64,000 bases of DNA from Camelus ferus (lineage: Eukaryota), in contig NC_045696.1 in NCBI RefSeq assembly GCF_009834535.1, forward strand, positions 53,632,001-53,696,000. Direction: 5' to 3'. The translations under genes and the position numbers were made by a program. The notes below the pieces were generated by a model. That model saw only the letters and a program-made list of their open reading frames with translations. It was not told where the DNA came from and made no database searches. Shown here piece after piece: positions 13,150 to 26,038 of this stretch (position 1 is its first letter; the number at the start of each line of letters is the position of its first letter).

Positions 13150-14030
13150 TCAAAGGAACAGGAAAAAAATTTTTAAATATAGCAGAATAAATTAATAAAT
13201 TAGGAAATAATGATAAAGACATTCCACAAAGGCAAAATATATTCATACGAAAGATTAAAAACCAGACAACACTGTCAGAATTCACCAAGAAAAACAGAAA
13301 AAAATAGACATACTAGGATTAAAGTTATAATAACAGAAGTACGTGAATAACTTTATGCCCATAAATTTGAAAATTTAAGAAACTTGGATGCACCCTATAC
13401 AAACACAACATTTCAAAACAGATTCAAGAAGAACTGGAGAATTTGAAGTGTCCTATAGTCAACCACTAAAACACAGAGTGCGCAGTTAAAAATATTCCTG
13501 CAAGGAAAAGATTCAACTTAGTTTTACAGAAGGTTCTATCAAACTTTCAACTCTTAGGTCATTCTAACCTAAAAAATAAAATTTTTCTAGTGAGCTTATA
13601 TAATAATTTTTTTCTAGTAAATAGAAAAAGAACATTTGTTGACTCATGAGGCTGGAATAACAGTGATACCAAAAGCAAGCAAAGATCATATTAGGAAGGA
13701 AAAGTAGAAACTAATCTCAGTTGTAACCTTAGATGCAAAACTCCTAAACAAAATACTAATAAAATACTAATAAAAAATTCACAGAAGTGTGTGAAAAAGA
13801 TAATACACTATAACCCAGTTGATCTCATCTCAGGCAGCAGAAGGCGATATGTTATTAGAGAAACTATCAACTTAATTGACTCCATTCACAGATCAAAAGA
13901 CAACAAATACGCAATTATCTAAATAAACACAGAAAAAGTATTATGATAAAATTAAACTTCAATAAGAAAAAAAATTTAGCTAGTTAGAAATAGAAGGAAG
14001 CTTTTAAAATTTGTTCAAAAATATCTACCC
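13150..14030 (+). mobile_element. Ancient, heavily mutated L1 ORF2 fragment
   Basis: Recognisable L1 ORF2 relics: aactttatgcccataaatttgaaaattta, gaggctggaataacagtgataccaaaa, tagatgcaaaactcctaaacaaaatacta (DAK.LNKIL); no open frame. Confidence 0.85.
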
Positions 14031-14786
14031 CTACTCCAAATGCCCGACAGACAGCTGATCATATGAACAACAGGAGCTTATAAAAGATAACAAAGCTCAG
14101 ATAATGACTTGGAGTCATCCACAGGTGGTGGAAGTGATTTTTGACTATATAAAATGAATGTACTTAACTCCAACATATACCCGACTTCACACTGATTTCA
14201 ACAACAGTTAAAATTTCTAAAATGTTATCCATACCTGGTGCTTTTTAGTCTTTTCTCCTCCCCCTTGCCAGGATGTTTATCCTAAACTCTTCCCACTTTT
14301 AGGAAACAAAAGCCAGGAAAAGAGATACTTTGAGAGCACCTTCTAATCTCCTCAACTGCCACAAACCTCCCGTGAGACAAGGTAGTATGGAGTCTGGCTA
14401 CTTGCTTGAAAGAAGAAATGGAACGTGAAGAACAAACTGGGAGAAAAAACAAACATAATATCTCAGAAAACTGGCCACAGTAAGAAATACAGGTAGGTAC
14501 GTCAGGCAATGAGAAAATTAAAAAGTTGTTCGATTTTTTTTTCCCCCACAAAGTGATGTTACTAAAGTGAGATTTTAGGAAAATTCATTGAAAGGAATGG
14601 AGGAGGTGAAAACCAGAGGTGAGGCGATAAGTATATCATAGTAAGACACGTGAACAGAATACAAATAACCATTTCCTACTTTTTTCTACCTGATGGGCAT
14701 TTCTGTCTCTAGGCATTCACACTTCTGCAGCTTTGGTCAGATTATTAAAAACAATGGGTGGAGTCAGTTCATCCCAATTCATTGGC

Positions 14787-15275
14787 TGGGATGGTTAATT
14801 TTATATGTCAACTTGATTGGCCACGGGATGCCCAGACTAGATATTATTACTGGGTGTGATTGTGAGGGTAATTCCGGATGAGATTAGCATTTGAATCAGT
14901 GAACTCAGTAGGATAGATTATCCTGTCCAATTTGGGTTGGCACCATCAATCCACTGAGGGCTGAATAAAGCAAAAGGCAGAGGAACTTTGTTTCTTCCTT
15001 ACTGTTTGAACTCGGATATCTCATCACATCTTCTTCTGCCCTCAGATGGGGATATGAACCATCGATCAGCTCCCCTGGTTCTGAGGTTTTAGGATTGAAT
15101 TACACCACTGGCCTTCCTGGGGCTCCAGCTTACAGACAGTAGATTGAGAGTCTTCTCGGCCTCCAGAATTATATGAGCCAGTTCCTCATAATATATATTA
15201 AAAAAAAAGATACATAAATAAACAAATAAATAAAAATATTAGTTCTATTTCTCCGAAGAACCCTGATGAGATACA
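14787..15275 (+). mobile_element. ERVL solo LTR, MLT2-like
   Basis: TG...CA ends; 5' tgggatggttaattttatatgtcaacttgattggcc and 3' gttctatttctccgaagaaccctgatgagataca match recalled MLT2 ends. Confidence 0.85.
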
Positions 15276-15619
15276 CTTACCAATCCTATGGAAGTGCAAT
15301 TGAGGGGCTACTGATGAGGAAGGCATAGGTACTGATTGGAATGGGAGTGTGAGAGTCACAGGGCAGCAATGAGAAAAGACTTGGAAGGGATTTAGTAATA
15401 CATCTAGAAGGTCAAACCTTATTCTCTGCCTTAAAAAAGATTTTTTTCCTATTTTTCTGTAAAGTTTTTCAAACCCTGTTTTTTTATGTTTCAGAAACTG
15501 TCTCAATGACTACAAAGTTCAAATAATCATTTTATGCCTTAATTTTTTTTTTTTTTTTTTTTTTTGGTAAATGGTTGGATGACGTTGGAAGGAGGTCCCA
15601 CATATACTCAGGGAAAACA

Positions 15620-16200
15620 AGCCATTTTCAAATCCTTCCGTCACTGCTGGTGTCATATCCATTATCCAGATCCTCTCAGTTCAAAATTCTACACATGAAT
15701 TCTTCTCTTTCCAACGTGCACCGTATTATATCAGCCAACAAATCCTTCTGGGTCTTCCTCGTGTTTCACCGATTTGTCCGTTCTTTTCACTTCCGCAGCC
15801 CTTCCACATTTCTTAATTCACGCCTGGATTCCCGCAACCGTTTCCTGGTTGGTTCTCCCTCGGGTCTCTCTCCATCTTACCCCCGGATGACAGATAGCCA
15901 GTGGGAATACAGTGTTCAGTTTGCTTTTCCAAATCTGATCTACCTGTCTCCGTGGATTCCAATCCAGACTTCTGGTAAATGACTGTTTCTTATGCAGCTG
16001 AAATCACCCCTGTCTTATTCCTCAAGAGTCCTTCTATTTCATGAAACAAAATCCAATCTGCTTGATGCTCTTGACTTGCTAACTCATGCATCTGTGCCTT
16101 CTTCCTTCATAACAACACCTTCTCTACTTTCTGTCAAGATGTTTTTATCTTCCTTCAAAACTCATCTCCAGGGAGACTTGACTTCTTCTTTGTCAGTTCT
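15620..16200 (+). mobile_element. LINE-2 remnant
   Basis: Pyrimidine-rich L2-like motifs (atcagccaacaaatcc...cacgcctggatt...tccttcaaaactcatctc). Confidence 0.55.
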
Positions 16201-16215
16201 TACACTCTACACCTC

Positions 16216-16238
16216 GTGTGTGTGTGTGTGTGTGTGTG
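16216..16238. repeat. (GT)n microsatellite
   Basis: Perfect dinucleotide run. Confidence 0.97.
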
Positions 16239-16674
16239 CGTAAGCATTCACGTGCACACACATACTGCTATTCGCACGCGGCCTTATGATTTCTAATTGC
16301 TCCATTTAGGCCTACATAAATCTTAAAAAATTATTTTGTTTATGTTTTTATTAGCAGTTTCATTCAATAAAATTTCAAAGCTGAGATGGACAGTGATTAT
16401 AATAGATGGACAACTCATGATTGAATATAATTTCAACATAAAAAAAAGGCGAGCTTTTCAAGACGAGAAAATGTGGGACCAGATGGAAATACTGCACGTG
16501 GGAAGCAGTGGAAGGAGCACCAGTGTTGTCACTAAACAATGTGCAACCTTGCTGGGTCCATTTAGTACTGAACTTCAAATTTCCTTACCTGGAAAATAAA
16601 GAGATTGGCCAAGGGGGTCCCTAGTACTCCTTTCAACTCTATTCTTCTAGGTTAAAGTTGTCTTCAGTGATGGT

Positions 16675-17164
16675 TTTCATAGGGAAAATCATAGCCTCCA
16701 GTAGGAATCCCTACTCTGATCCCTGGGGATATACATGTTACCTTATGTGGCAAAAGGGATTTTGAAAATGTAATTAATATTACAAACAAATAGAGCTTAA
16801 AACAGGATGATTATCCTAGATGACCGGGTTGGGCCCAGTGCAGTCACGTGAACCTTTAAAAGCAGAAAATGAGGTCAGAGAGACTGAAAGCATGAGGACT
16901 CTTCCCCAACACTGCTGGCTGGAAGATGAAGAAGGCCATATGGAGAGCAGAAAGAAACAATCCTTCCACAGCCAGTGAACTTAGTCCATGAGCCCTGGGT
17001 GGGAAGCACAGCACAGCAGACACCTTCATTCTAGTCTGTACAACTCTGAACAGAGAGTGCAGCCTTGCTGTGCTGAGTTTCTTACCTACAGAACTCTGAG
17101 TTAGTAAATTTGTGTAGTTTAAGCTGCTAGGTTTGTTACAGCAGCAATGGAAAAAAATAACACA
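16675..17164 (+). mobile_element. MaLR solo LTR, MLT1D/E-like
   Basis: atgttaccttatgtggcaaaagggattttg, gattatcctagat...gggccc, 3' end tttgttacagcagcaatggaaaa...aacaca. Confidence 0.85.
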
Positions 17165-17514
17165 CTCTCTCAGAACAGGGTAATGCATTTTTTGTTTTTC
17201 TAAACCATACTGTAACCCACATAGAGTCATCCTGAAATGTCCAGAGGGCAGCTGGACGTAAAACACTGAAGCTCATAAGAGAGAGCAAAGCTGCAGATGC
17301 TGACCTTACGTCATCCAGACAAAAGCAGTTGTTGATTCTACAAAGATGGATGCGCTGACTAAAACATCTGAGTAAAGCCAGGAGAGTAGAAGCATTTATG
17401 CCTAAATCTTTAGGCATTTCCACATTTTAGTGATGAGAAAATTAAGGAGACAGAATTAAGGAGAAGAAGAAATAGACATTAGTTTGATAGAAGAAAAGTG
17501 TAAGTATTATGTGC

Positions 17515-17521
<7 letters not shown>

Positions 17522-17552
<31 letters not shown>
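17522..17552. repeat. (AC)n microsatellite
   Basis: Perfect dinucleotide run. Confidence 0.98.
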
Positions 17553-17554
<2 letters not shown>

Positions 17555-18079
17555 AGGAGGATTGTTAGAAGAGGTGGTCACACCGGATCACTTCCATCAT
17601 TTCAGTAAAAGAGGAAGCTAAATCAGTTGAAGGTGGTGCTTTCTGGAACGTTGATAAGAAAGCTCCATAGTAGTCTTTGCATGAAGGTTCTAGGACACCC
17701 ATTAGAGATAATGTAATGGTGCCTCCTTGGCAGCAGGGCCAGAAAGATTTTGTGGTGAGCTGGGAGTATAATGATGTTTGCATCTTCTTGAAGGATATGC
17801 TGTGATTTACAGCCAGGAGAGCTGTGTGACAGGTGATTGTGTTCCTAGCTTGGGCACTGGTACACTTTGTACAGCAAAAGATCAAAGAAGGAACATTCAA
17901 CGAGAACAATGGGTAGAACAGATTTTGGAGAGCTCTCATGACAGTGAGGAGCAGGCTGTGTGTTGGGGTGACATAACTGAGATCCCTACAGGAGGGGTGA
18001 AAAGGCTTTGTGGTGCTGGAGATTAAAAGGGGTGCCAAGCAGCCTGCCTTCCTGACTGGAACACTTTTCTATGTAGATC

Positions 18080-18505
18080 ATCATATTCAATCTGGTCGAC
18101 TTTAAAGCAGGTACTATTTTTGCTCATTTTCCAAAAACAGAAATAGAAACTCAGAGTTCATATGGCTTATCCAAGATCCCATAGCAGGTCAGAAGCACAG
18201 CTTGGGTTTGCAGCCTTTGCATCTGCCTCTGAGCTCTGCAGAAGCTAAGTGTCTGCAAAGCAGTGCAGCAGGAACCAGAACCTCTGCTGGCCAACCCTAT
18301 GCCCTTTAGACATCATCATATCATCTTTCAGAGCCACACTCTTAGTTACATCCAAGTTCCTTAATGATTATTTGTACATGCATTGCTCACTTTATTCTCA
18401 CAGCACATCTGTGGGGGTGATAATTTTTATTCCTATTCTATAAATAAGGAAACTGAGGCTTGGAAAATAAAAAAGACCTAACCAAATAACACAGCTAGTA
18501 AAGTT
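18080..18505 (-). mobile_element. Two MIR fragments
   Basis: Reverse MIR cores at about 18080-18235 and 18380-18505 (attctataaataaggaaactgaggct). Confidence 0.65.
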
Positions 18506-20059
18506 AGCACCCCTATACTAGCTTTAACCTTTCCCCTTAGTTATTGTAGCCTCTCTTCCTGTTCTGGTTCGTGGACATCAAATCCCGGCACCAACAAGTC
18601 TATTTCCCTCTTTGCCCAATCAGAGCCAAAGCAAGTGACAGAGCCATCACATGGCAGAAGACCCTGAGCTCAGAGGCCAGTACTGCCTCATAGAGGTCAA
18701 CTTCTGCAGAACGAGGTGTGGGATTTGACATGTCCTTCTGTGCACTATTTCAAATCATACAGAACCGGTGCAGCGCAGTGAGGATACTTTCAGAAGACTG
18801 GCAGCTTCCGTAAAAAAGCAGGCTAAGTTAATTTGCATGTGAAGTGGTAGAATGCCTGGGAGAACATCAGCCAGTTAAAAAAGGAAAAGAAGAAATAATA
18901 GATGTCTTGGAGGAGAAGCGAAGAAGATGGAAGAGTGGGATGGAGAGGAAACAAACAAAATCAGAGGAAAAGATGGGGCCAAGTCCCATCAAAAGATGGG
19001 AAATGAATTCTGTGAAAACTGGTAAGTAACAACAGTAGCAGCAGCGACCCCTTGAACGCAGGCTGAAAAGAGTGTGCTGTTTCTCCCTTGCTTGCATTCC
19101 CCCATTTCACTTGTCAGATACTATGTTAGGTAAGTTACAACTGAAAAAAAACAAACGAACAAACCCCTAAGGTTTGCTTTTCCTACATGAACTTAGGATA
19201 TTTCTTTATTCCCACATTTTCACACAATAAGGAAGCCACTACGTAAGTGTGTGTATTTATTATTTATTTTATCCCTTTTCCTGATACATCTCACCCTCTC
19301 CTTCAGGAATCAGATGAAATGAGAATATGGGAAGCAGAGACCCACTGAAGGTGAGTTGGTACCTTAAGCTACGATATTAATGAGGCCAGGAGATGCCACA
19401 GCACAGCCCGGGGAATAAAATGCCTCAATAATGGCCATGACAACATGGGCCATTTCCAGGCTTCGATAAATACAGTGAATCAGAGGCAACATCTAACACT
19501 CCATTAGATTTCAGTAAGTTTAATTTAGGTAATGAGCAAATAAATTTTATGCATTCATCTTTGCATCTAGGCAGTGACTTGCATTAAAATAGGAGTAATT
19601 CTTCCCTCAAATATACTTGAAGATAATTTGCTTTCCTGGACCTTTCAGGGCTCCTGTAGAAAGCAGGATTTTGCACCGGCTGCGAAAGGAGATTCAATTG
19701 TGGGATGGAAGCTCCCTCTACTGGACATGTTGTTAGTTGCAGGTGTGAGTTCCAACCTGCTTTGAGTTGCTAATTCCTTGTGACTACTGTTTGATTATGG
19801 CTAATGAAGTGAGCACCGAGGATAATGCCTAATTAACATGCACACACATCATTCTTCTCTGAAAGTCTAGAATGCAACTAATCTATTATGAATAATTTAG
19901 CATTATTCTCTACTTCCTTTGTGCTTGTTTACTGTAGATATCTAGGATTTTTTTTTTTTCCTTCTGCAACTAGACTGTCAAATTTAAGGATTGGGTTTTT
20001 ATGTCATACTGACCCAAGTTCAAATGACAATTTTCCACTTACTGGATTGAAAGCAATGA

Positions 20060-20240
20060 TTTTTCTACTTACTATTTGTATCACCTTGGGTATGTTTCTT
20101 AACTTCTCAGAGCCCTGGTTTCTTGATGTTGGGAAATAAAGAAAAATATAGCTACTCCTAGGCTTGTGAGAATCAAAAGGAAAATACATGTCAATATATA
20201 CATAACTTTTCCTGGCATGGTAGAACATGATTCTCTAAGC
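20060..20240 (+). mobile_element. MIR SINE
   Basis: accttgggtatgtttcttaacttctcagagcc...gtgagaatcaaa...cctggcatggtag. Confidence 0.75.
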
Positions 20241-21236
20241 AGTTGGTGCATGCTAACTTCATTTTCATTCCCTGACCTCCTTGTATGGCTAGGTCAATGG
20301 ATTTAACTACATGTGACTTCTAGTAACTAAAACAGCAAGAGTTGAATTTGTCGTAATTTTGAAAAAATTATACCCAAATGAACAAGTATCTATCTGCTTT
20401 CTAACCAGGCACTGGCTATAGAAGGACTGAAACCACATTGCAGGGTCCTTCTCTCATTCCCCCCAGAACACGTGGAGAAGAGAAAGACCTGTGCCCCGCC
20501 TCTGCCTCTGTTCCTGCTCTCAGGCATCCCTGGTACTGCTCATTGTCACTGCTCAGTGGATGTTTAGCCTATCTTGGTCTCCACCTTCCCCTTTGTGAAG
20601 GAGAAAATATGTGTACTTCCTGTCCAGGACAGCCTGCCATTCAGCACATACTTATTTTTCTCCTCCATGTCTCTTTCTCTCCCACTCCCTTCTCTCGACA
20701 CTTTGAAGACACTGTGAATGTGCTGCTTTCTCCCTTTGTACCTTTCATGATGGGAGTTCAATATATCCCCTATTGTGAAGCCATATACTCTATTGTTAAT
20801 GTTTCTCCCTTCTGGAGTATCTTATTCCACAACAAAGACCACTACCAGCCAACAGAGAGAAATAAATACATGTGATTAAGACTCACTCAAACCTAAGAAC
20901 ACAGTTCATGCTCTTAACCTGCCTTGAACAAATAGCACAAAATACACTAAATCCATGAGAAAGAAATAAGACATCTCTGGATTCGTACGCTGCCACTGGG
21001 ACTGAGGAGTTTGTAATATCTGGAATAACTGAAATCAGGTAGGCAAGCCTGAGGCACATCTCACCCCTGCTAACTTTAGGATATAACATGAGCTACACCT
21101 TAGAAAAGCACCTGTATTGATGTGCTGTAAGAACAAAACAACTAACAAAAATTAAATAAAAACTAAAATGCAGACTCTGTCACATATCTGAATAACCCTT
21201 TATCCATAAAAGCCTTTAACAAATCAAATAGGTTTC

Positions 21237-21820
21237 TGCTATGGACTGAATGTTTGTGTCCCCCCCCAAATTCATTTAGTATTGACCCTTGAACAACAAA
21301 ATTCACATACCCTTGAACTGTGTAGGTCCACTTATATGTGGATTTCTTTTTCAATAGTAAATACCACAGTAATACACAACCCGCACTTGGTTGAGTCCAG
21401 GGGTGTAGAATAATGGATACCGACGACTGACTATAAATTGTATGCAGATTTTCAACTGTGCTGGAGGGTTACTGCCCCTGACCTGTGCATTGCTGAAGGG
21501 TCAACTGTACTGAAATCCTAACTCCCAATGTGATGGTATTAGGAGTGGGGTCTTCAGGAGGAGAGTAGGTCATGAGAGTAGAGCGCTCATGAATGAGATC
21601 AGTGCCCTTACAAAAGAGACCCTAGAGAGGTCACTTGCCCCTTTCAACATGTGAGGACACAAGAAGAAGACAGCCTTATGAGCCAGGAAGGGAGGCCTCA
21701 CCAGACACTGGATTTGCCTTGACCTTGATCCTGGACTTTCCATTCACCAAAACTGTGAGAAAGGAATGTTTGTTGTTTGAGCCACCCATTTTGTCGTAGC
21801 AGCCTGAACGGACCAAGACA
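21237..21820 (+). mobile_element. MaLR solo LTR, MLT1A-like, interrupted by a DNA transposon
   Basis: Starts tgctatggactgaatgtttgtgtcccc and ends gcagcctgaacggaccaagaca; perfect 5-bp TSD GTTTC at 21232-21236 and 21821-21825. Confidence 0.92.
21279..21507. mobile_element. Tc1/mariner-Tigger MITE (MER8/Tigger2-like) nested in the MLT1A LTR
   Basis: TIRs ..ttgacccttgaacaac / ttgctgaagggtcaactg; flanked by TA at 21277-21278 and 21508-21509. Confidence 0.88.
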
Positions 21821-22989
21821 GTTTCTTTTCCTAGAGTTTCAAATATGGAAATATGAATTATGACTCTCCAGGAGAGGGCAAATTATACCATAGTTACTAA
21901 TTTAAATAAATCCTAGAGCCATTTTTATTTTACAGTTCCTCTCACCTGAGTTGAATATTATCCCTGGCAAACATAAATCTCTCTCAAAACTGCATCTTAA
22001 ATGCTGCCTTGCTGATTGGACCATAAGCTTCGTGAAAGCAGGGATGGTGTCAGTCTGGATCTCTGAGGCATCCCCAGTACGCACTGCAAAGCCTAATACA
22101 CGCAGGCACACAATCGATATGTGTTGAATTTAATTGAACTAAACTGAGCATTTTTCCTTAAAATATTTCTTAATCCAGGTACATTTGAGATTGTGTTAAA
22201 AGCGAGCTTCTGAAACAGACCAGTAGAAGCCCCTAGGGCTTCAAGATAATTTGAATCCATAAAAGTCACTATGGTTTGGTTTAAAAATGGTGGCATAGGG
22301 GACGGAGAGTGAGAGAAGAACTCGCTGTCTTAGTGATTTTCTGCCATTCCGTCCCTAATGTCTTTCCTTCTCCTTGCAGGTCTTTGAGTTTTTATATTTG
22401 TTTTTCTTAGTCACATGTAATAACTAAAAGAGAACAATTGAGTCAGACATTCCCACCACAGTTAGCATTTCAGCACAGACACGCTTTATATATAGATCCC
22501 AATGAAGAGGGAAACGGTTCAAACACACAGTCACTCTTAATATCCATCCACGTCTTCACCTAGCTGCACTGCTCCAGATTGACTATGTGTCGGTTCTGAT
22601 GTATCTCCCTAGTAACCTCGCTTGGCTGGGAAGTATTATATTTTCTGGCATTTTATCACTGCACAGAAGTCACAAAATATCTTCCTTACTTCCTAAAAAG
22701 GACAAGATTTGGGACCAGGAGAATCAGGGAGGGGGCCAGGCACCCCACAAGAATATCTGCCATGAGAAATTGTGAATAAATTAATGATCTGGGTGGGATT
22801 ACGGACACTGCCAACAAAGTAAAGCCAAGAGCCTAGAGCTGGTCTAAGAGCCATGCCAAGACCCAAGCTTAGTCCTAAGAAGGCAGGATGCAGTCCCCTC
22901 TGCATAGCAATGGATTTGAAATCCTGTTCTAAGTTGGGGCACAGAGGCCAGAATTAAGAGGACGGCATCTCAAATCCATTCTGACTCAC

Positions 22990-23310
22990 ACTGATATTCC
23001 ACCTGGTCGTCCCACGGATGGGCTCCCTTTCCCTCTCTGGGTCTGGCCTCCTGATGTCATACAATTTCTGTATTTCATGCAACCCTCTTCTTTCCTCCTT
23101 TCCCCTCCTCTCCTCTGCCCTCCTCTCCCTCCACTCCCTTCCCCTGCTCACGCTCTCTCTCTTTCTCATGTGTGTCTGTGTGTCTGTGTCTCTGTGCATC
23201 TACGTCTGTGTGTTGTTGGGAGAGGACTTTGTTCTCAATTTTCCCAGTACATCCTCCCTCACGCAGCAATCACTGTCAGAAATACCACTCCAATACCAGC
23301 CTCAGGCTGA
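22990..23310 (-). other. Candidate 5' (first/UTR) exon of a minus-strand transcript
   Basis: Minus-strand donor CAGT|GTGAGT (actcac 22984-22989) closing unique sequence preceded by a GA/CA-rich leader; host gene not recognised. Confidence 0.35.
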
Positions 23311-23699
23311 CAAGAGGTATGTGCAAATAGTTTCCTTAAGAGTCATTCAAATGGACAGAATCACCATGGATAAAAAATAATCAGAAGAATTCTTAGAGAA
23401 CCTCGGCTAGTTAGAAAATGAAAAGTATGAACATACAAGGGAGGTACCATTATTGGTGGGTCCATGAACTACGGAAAATCCCCATCAGCCTCATAGCTGA
23501 ATATTATGAAAAGGAAGAAGGAAAATGGTAGAGGTGCACGAAGGAGAAACCATTCTCCCTTTACTCTTCATCATTAGTCATTGTTATTGACTCTCAGAAT
23601 TACACAGGCTTCTAGCCATCTACCTGCAGTGGAAGTCTTCCATTATTGGAAGAGTTATGAGGACTGACACTCACGTAGTTCATGCAGGTTGCTGATGGA

Positions 23700-24750
23700 G
23701 GTAGATATTAACGGGGTGTACCTGTAATCTACAGCTGAGCCCTTGTCTCCCAGTGGACATGCCACGTAACATCTGCAAATGGGAATCCAGAGCTCACAAG
23801 GGGAAGCGTGATGCCTCGGCTTACACACAATCTCCAAGCCTAGACGGCTGGGTGAGGTGGCCCGTTAAGACAAAACAGTATGGAAAGGAAAGAGGACCCT
23901 GAATTGAAGTCTGATGCACCCCAACATTTAGAAGCTGGGAGGATACAGAGGAGACTGCAAAGGAAACGGAGGAGTAGATAGAAAGATGGGAATAAAATAA
24001 TGAGAACCAGGGTCATGGAAGCCAAGTGAAGACCACGTTGCAAGAAGAAAGGCAAAAGCCAACTGTGCTGTTAGTTGCTGAGACGTCAAACAGGGTGAGG
24101 ATTGCAAAGTGCTTCCTGGATTTGGCAACATGTTGGTCATGGTAAACATGATGGCTGGTAAATGTAGCAAGAAACACATCAGTGGAATGGTGGTGGGTAC
24201 AGGCCAAATTGGAGAGGGACAAAGATTGGCAGGAAGGGAGAAAATCATTCAAAATTCAAATTTACAATAATAAAGAACAAATAGTGATGATAAAGAATGG
24301 GGAGTGAGAGAGTAGGGCACAGGATGGGCTTTTAGTGAAAGACAATAAAGAGGTTAAGACTGTAGCTTGAGGGCATGGTGTCATTGTATCATGGGTTTGT
24401 GTTTGCTTGCCACCTTTGTTAGAGTTTATTTAAATGCTGATGCGAGGGATATAGTAAAAAAGAAAAACGAAGATTTAGGAGACTGCGTGTGTATGTGTGT
24501 GTGTGCATGTGTGTGTGTGCATGTGTGTGGGTAACAACTGATGGAATAGTGTCTCAGAAAGAGGAGGGGGTTAAGATTCAGGAAAGCTGAAGAGCTGCAT
24601 CGTTGGGAGGAGAAGGGATGCTTTGTTCATAGTAACTAGAGAGGAGAGAAATAATAAAATTCTAGGTAAAGATAGATTTGTAGATTAGTAATGGGAAACA
24701 GACAAGGAGAGCTGTGCCATTTACTAGCTGGTATCTTCCCTGTGGAGAGA
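23700..24750 (-). mobile_element. LINE-2 fragment
   Basis: Reverse L2: gtcatggaagccaagtgaag...ggatttggcaacatg...cagtggaatggtggtggg; contains a TG-rich repeat at about 24488-24529. Confidence 0.8.
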
Positions 24751-25589
24751 GTTGCTGGAATAGCACTCTATTTTCCCATGAAAGCACATACCAACACCTC
24801 CAATGCAGGCAACAATGCCAGATAAATAAGAAAAATAGATGTACTGGAAATTGTAGGTGGCCAAGATGTGTGTAATTTCAGAATTTGGGTCTGAGTATGT
24901 TATCAGAAGATATAGCACTAAAAAGAGAAATGCAATGAATATTAAGAAATATTTAGCAGCTATACTGTAGTACAGTGCTCTGAGCTTTTCAGAATATTTA
25001 TCTTTGAGCCCAGTCTATCCTGGAACGGTTTCCTAGCACTATGTCAGGGTGTCTTTTACTGGCATTATCAAGTGCTATTCTAGCAGGTGTCAGTTAGCCA
25101 CACTGCCTGTTGGTTTAAGCAAATAAGAGCATGCAGTGAACATGTGGGTGAATGTATTTCTTATTCATGCGCTCATATGTCAGCAAACAAAATTTCAGTA
25201 CCTGGAAAATGTAATCATAATGCAATAATCTCTCCTTAGAGAATGTATTCATGAATGGACAAATGTGTATTTTTTTCAGATTTGCTCCATTTTTTAAAAT
25301 TGTGATATATATCATCAATTTCTCAAAAAGAGCAAAGTCATGCTATTGCTTATAATGCTTACAATAAGGAAGCGGAGTTATACACTGTTAATGTTTTTAC
25401 ATTTTTGTTTGATGATGTCATCTCTTTATATTTGAGGACCAAGGTATTATTCAAAATAGCCAACATTTTTATAAATAATATTTCATAATGCAAACACTGC
25501 GGTATCACTGAAGATTTAACTTTCTTTGTTGCTTAATGTCTAGAATTCTATTTAAAGTTGAACATTAAGGAATAGAAAAACTACTAGGT

Positions 25590-26038
25590 TATACAATGGA
25601 ATACTACTCAGTCATAAAAGAAGAATCAAATAACACCATTTGCAGCAACATGGATGGATCTGGAGATTATCACACTAAGTGAAGTAAGCCAGAAAGAGTA
25701 AGAAAAATACCATATGGCATCACTTATATGCAGAATTTTAAAAAAAAAGACAAATGAACTTATTTACAAAACAGAAACATACTCACAGAAATAGAAAACA
25801 AACTTATAGTTACCAGGGTGCAGGAGAGGGATAATTGGGAGTTCAGGATTTGCAGATACAGACTATTATATATGAATACACAAACAGCAAGTCCTACTGT
25901 ATAACACAGGGAACTATATTCAATACCCTGTAATAGCCTATAATGAAAAAGAATATGAAAAGGAATATGTATGTAACTGAATCACTATGCCATACATCAT
26001 CAACTATACCTCAATAAAAAAAGAAAAGAAAAGAAAAA
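25590..26038 (+). mobile_element. 5'-truncated L1 (ORF2 end + 3' UTR + A tail)
   Basis: tacaatggaatactactcag...tttgcagcaacatggatgga; AATAAA and A-rich tail; TSD aaaaactactaggt (25576-25589) / aaaaactaccaggt (26039-26052). Confidence 0.92.

Noticed and set aside
17565..18038. 157-aa minus-strand ORF, the longest non-L1 ORF
   Set aside because: Non-ATG start, no recognisable homology, L2-like flavour
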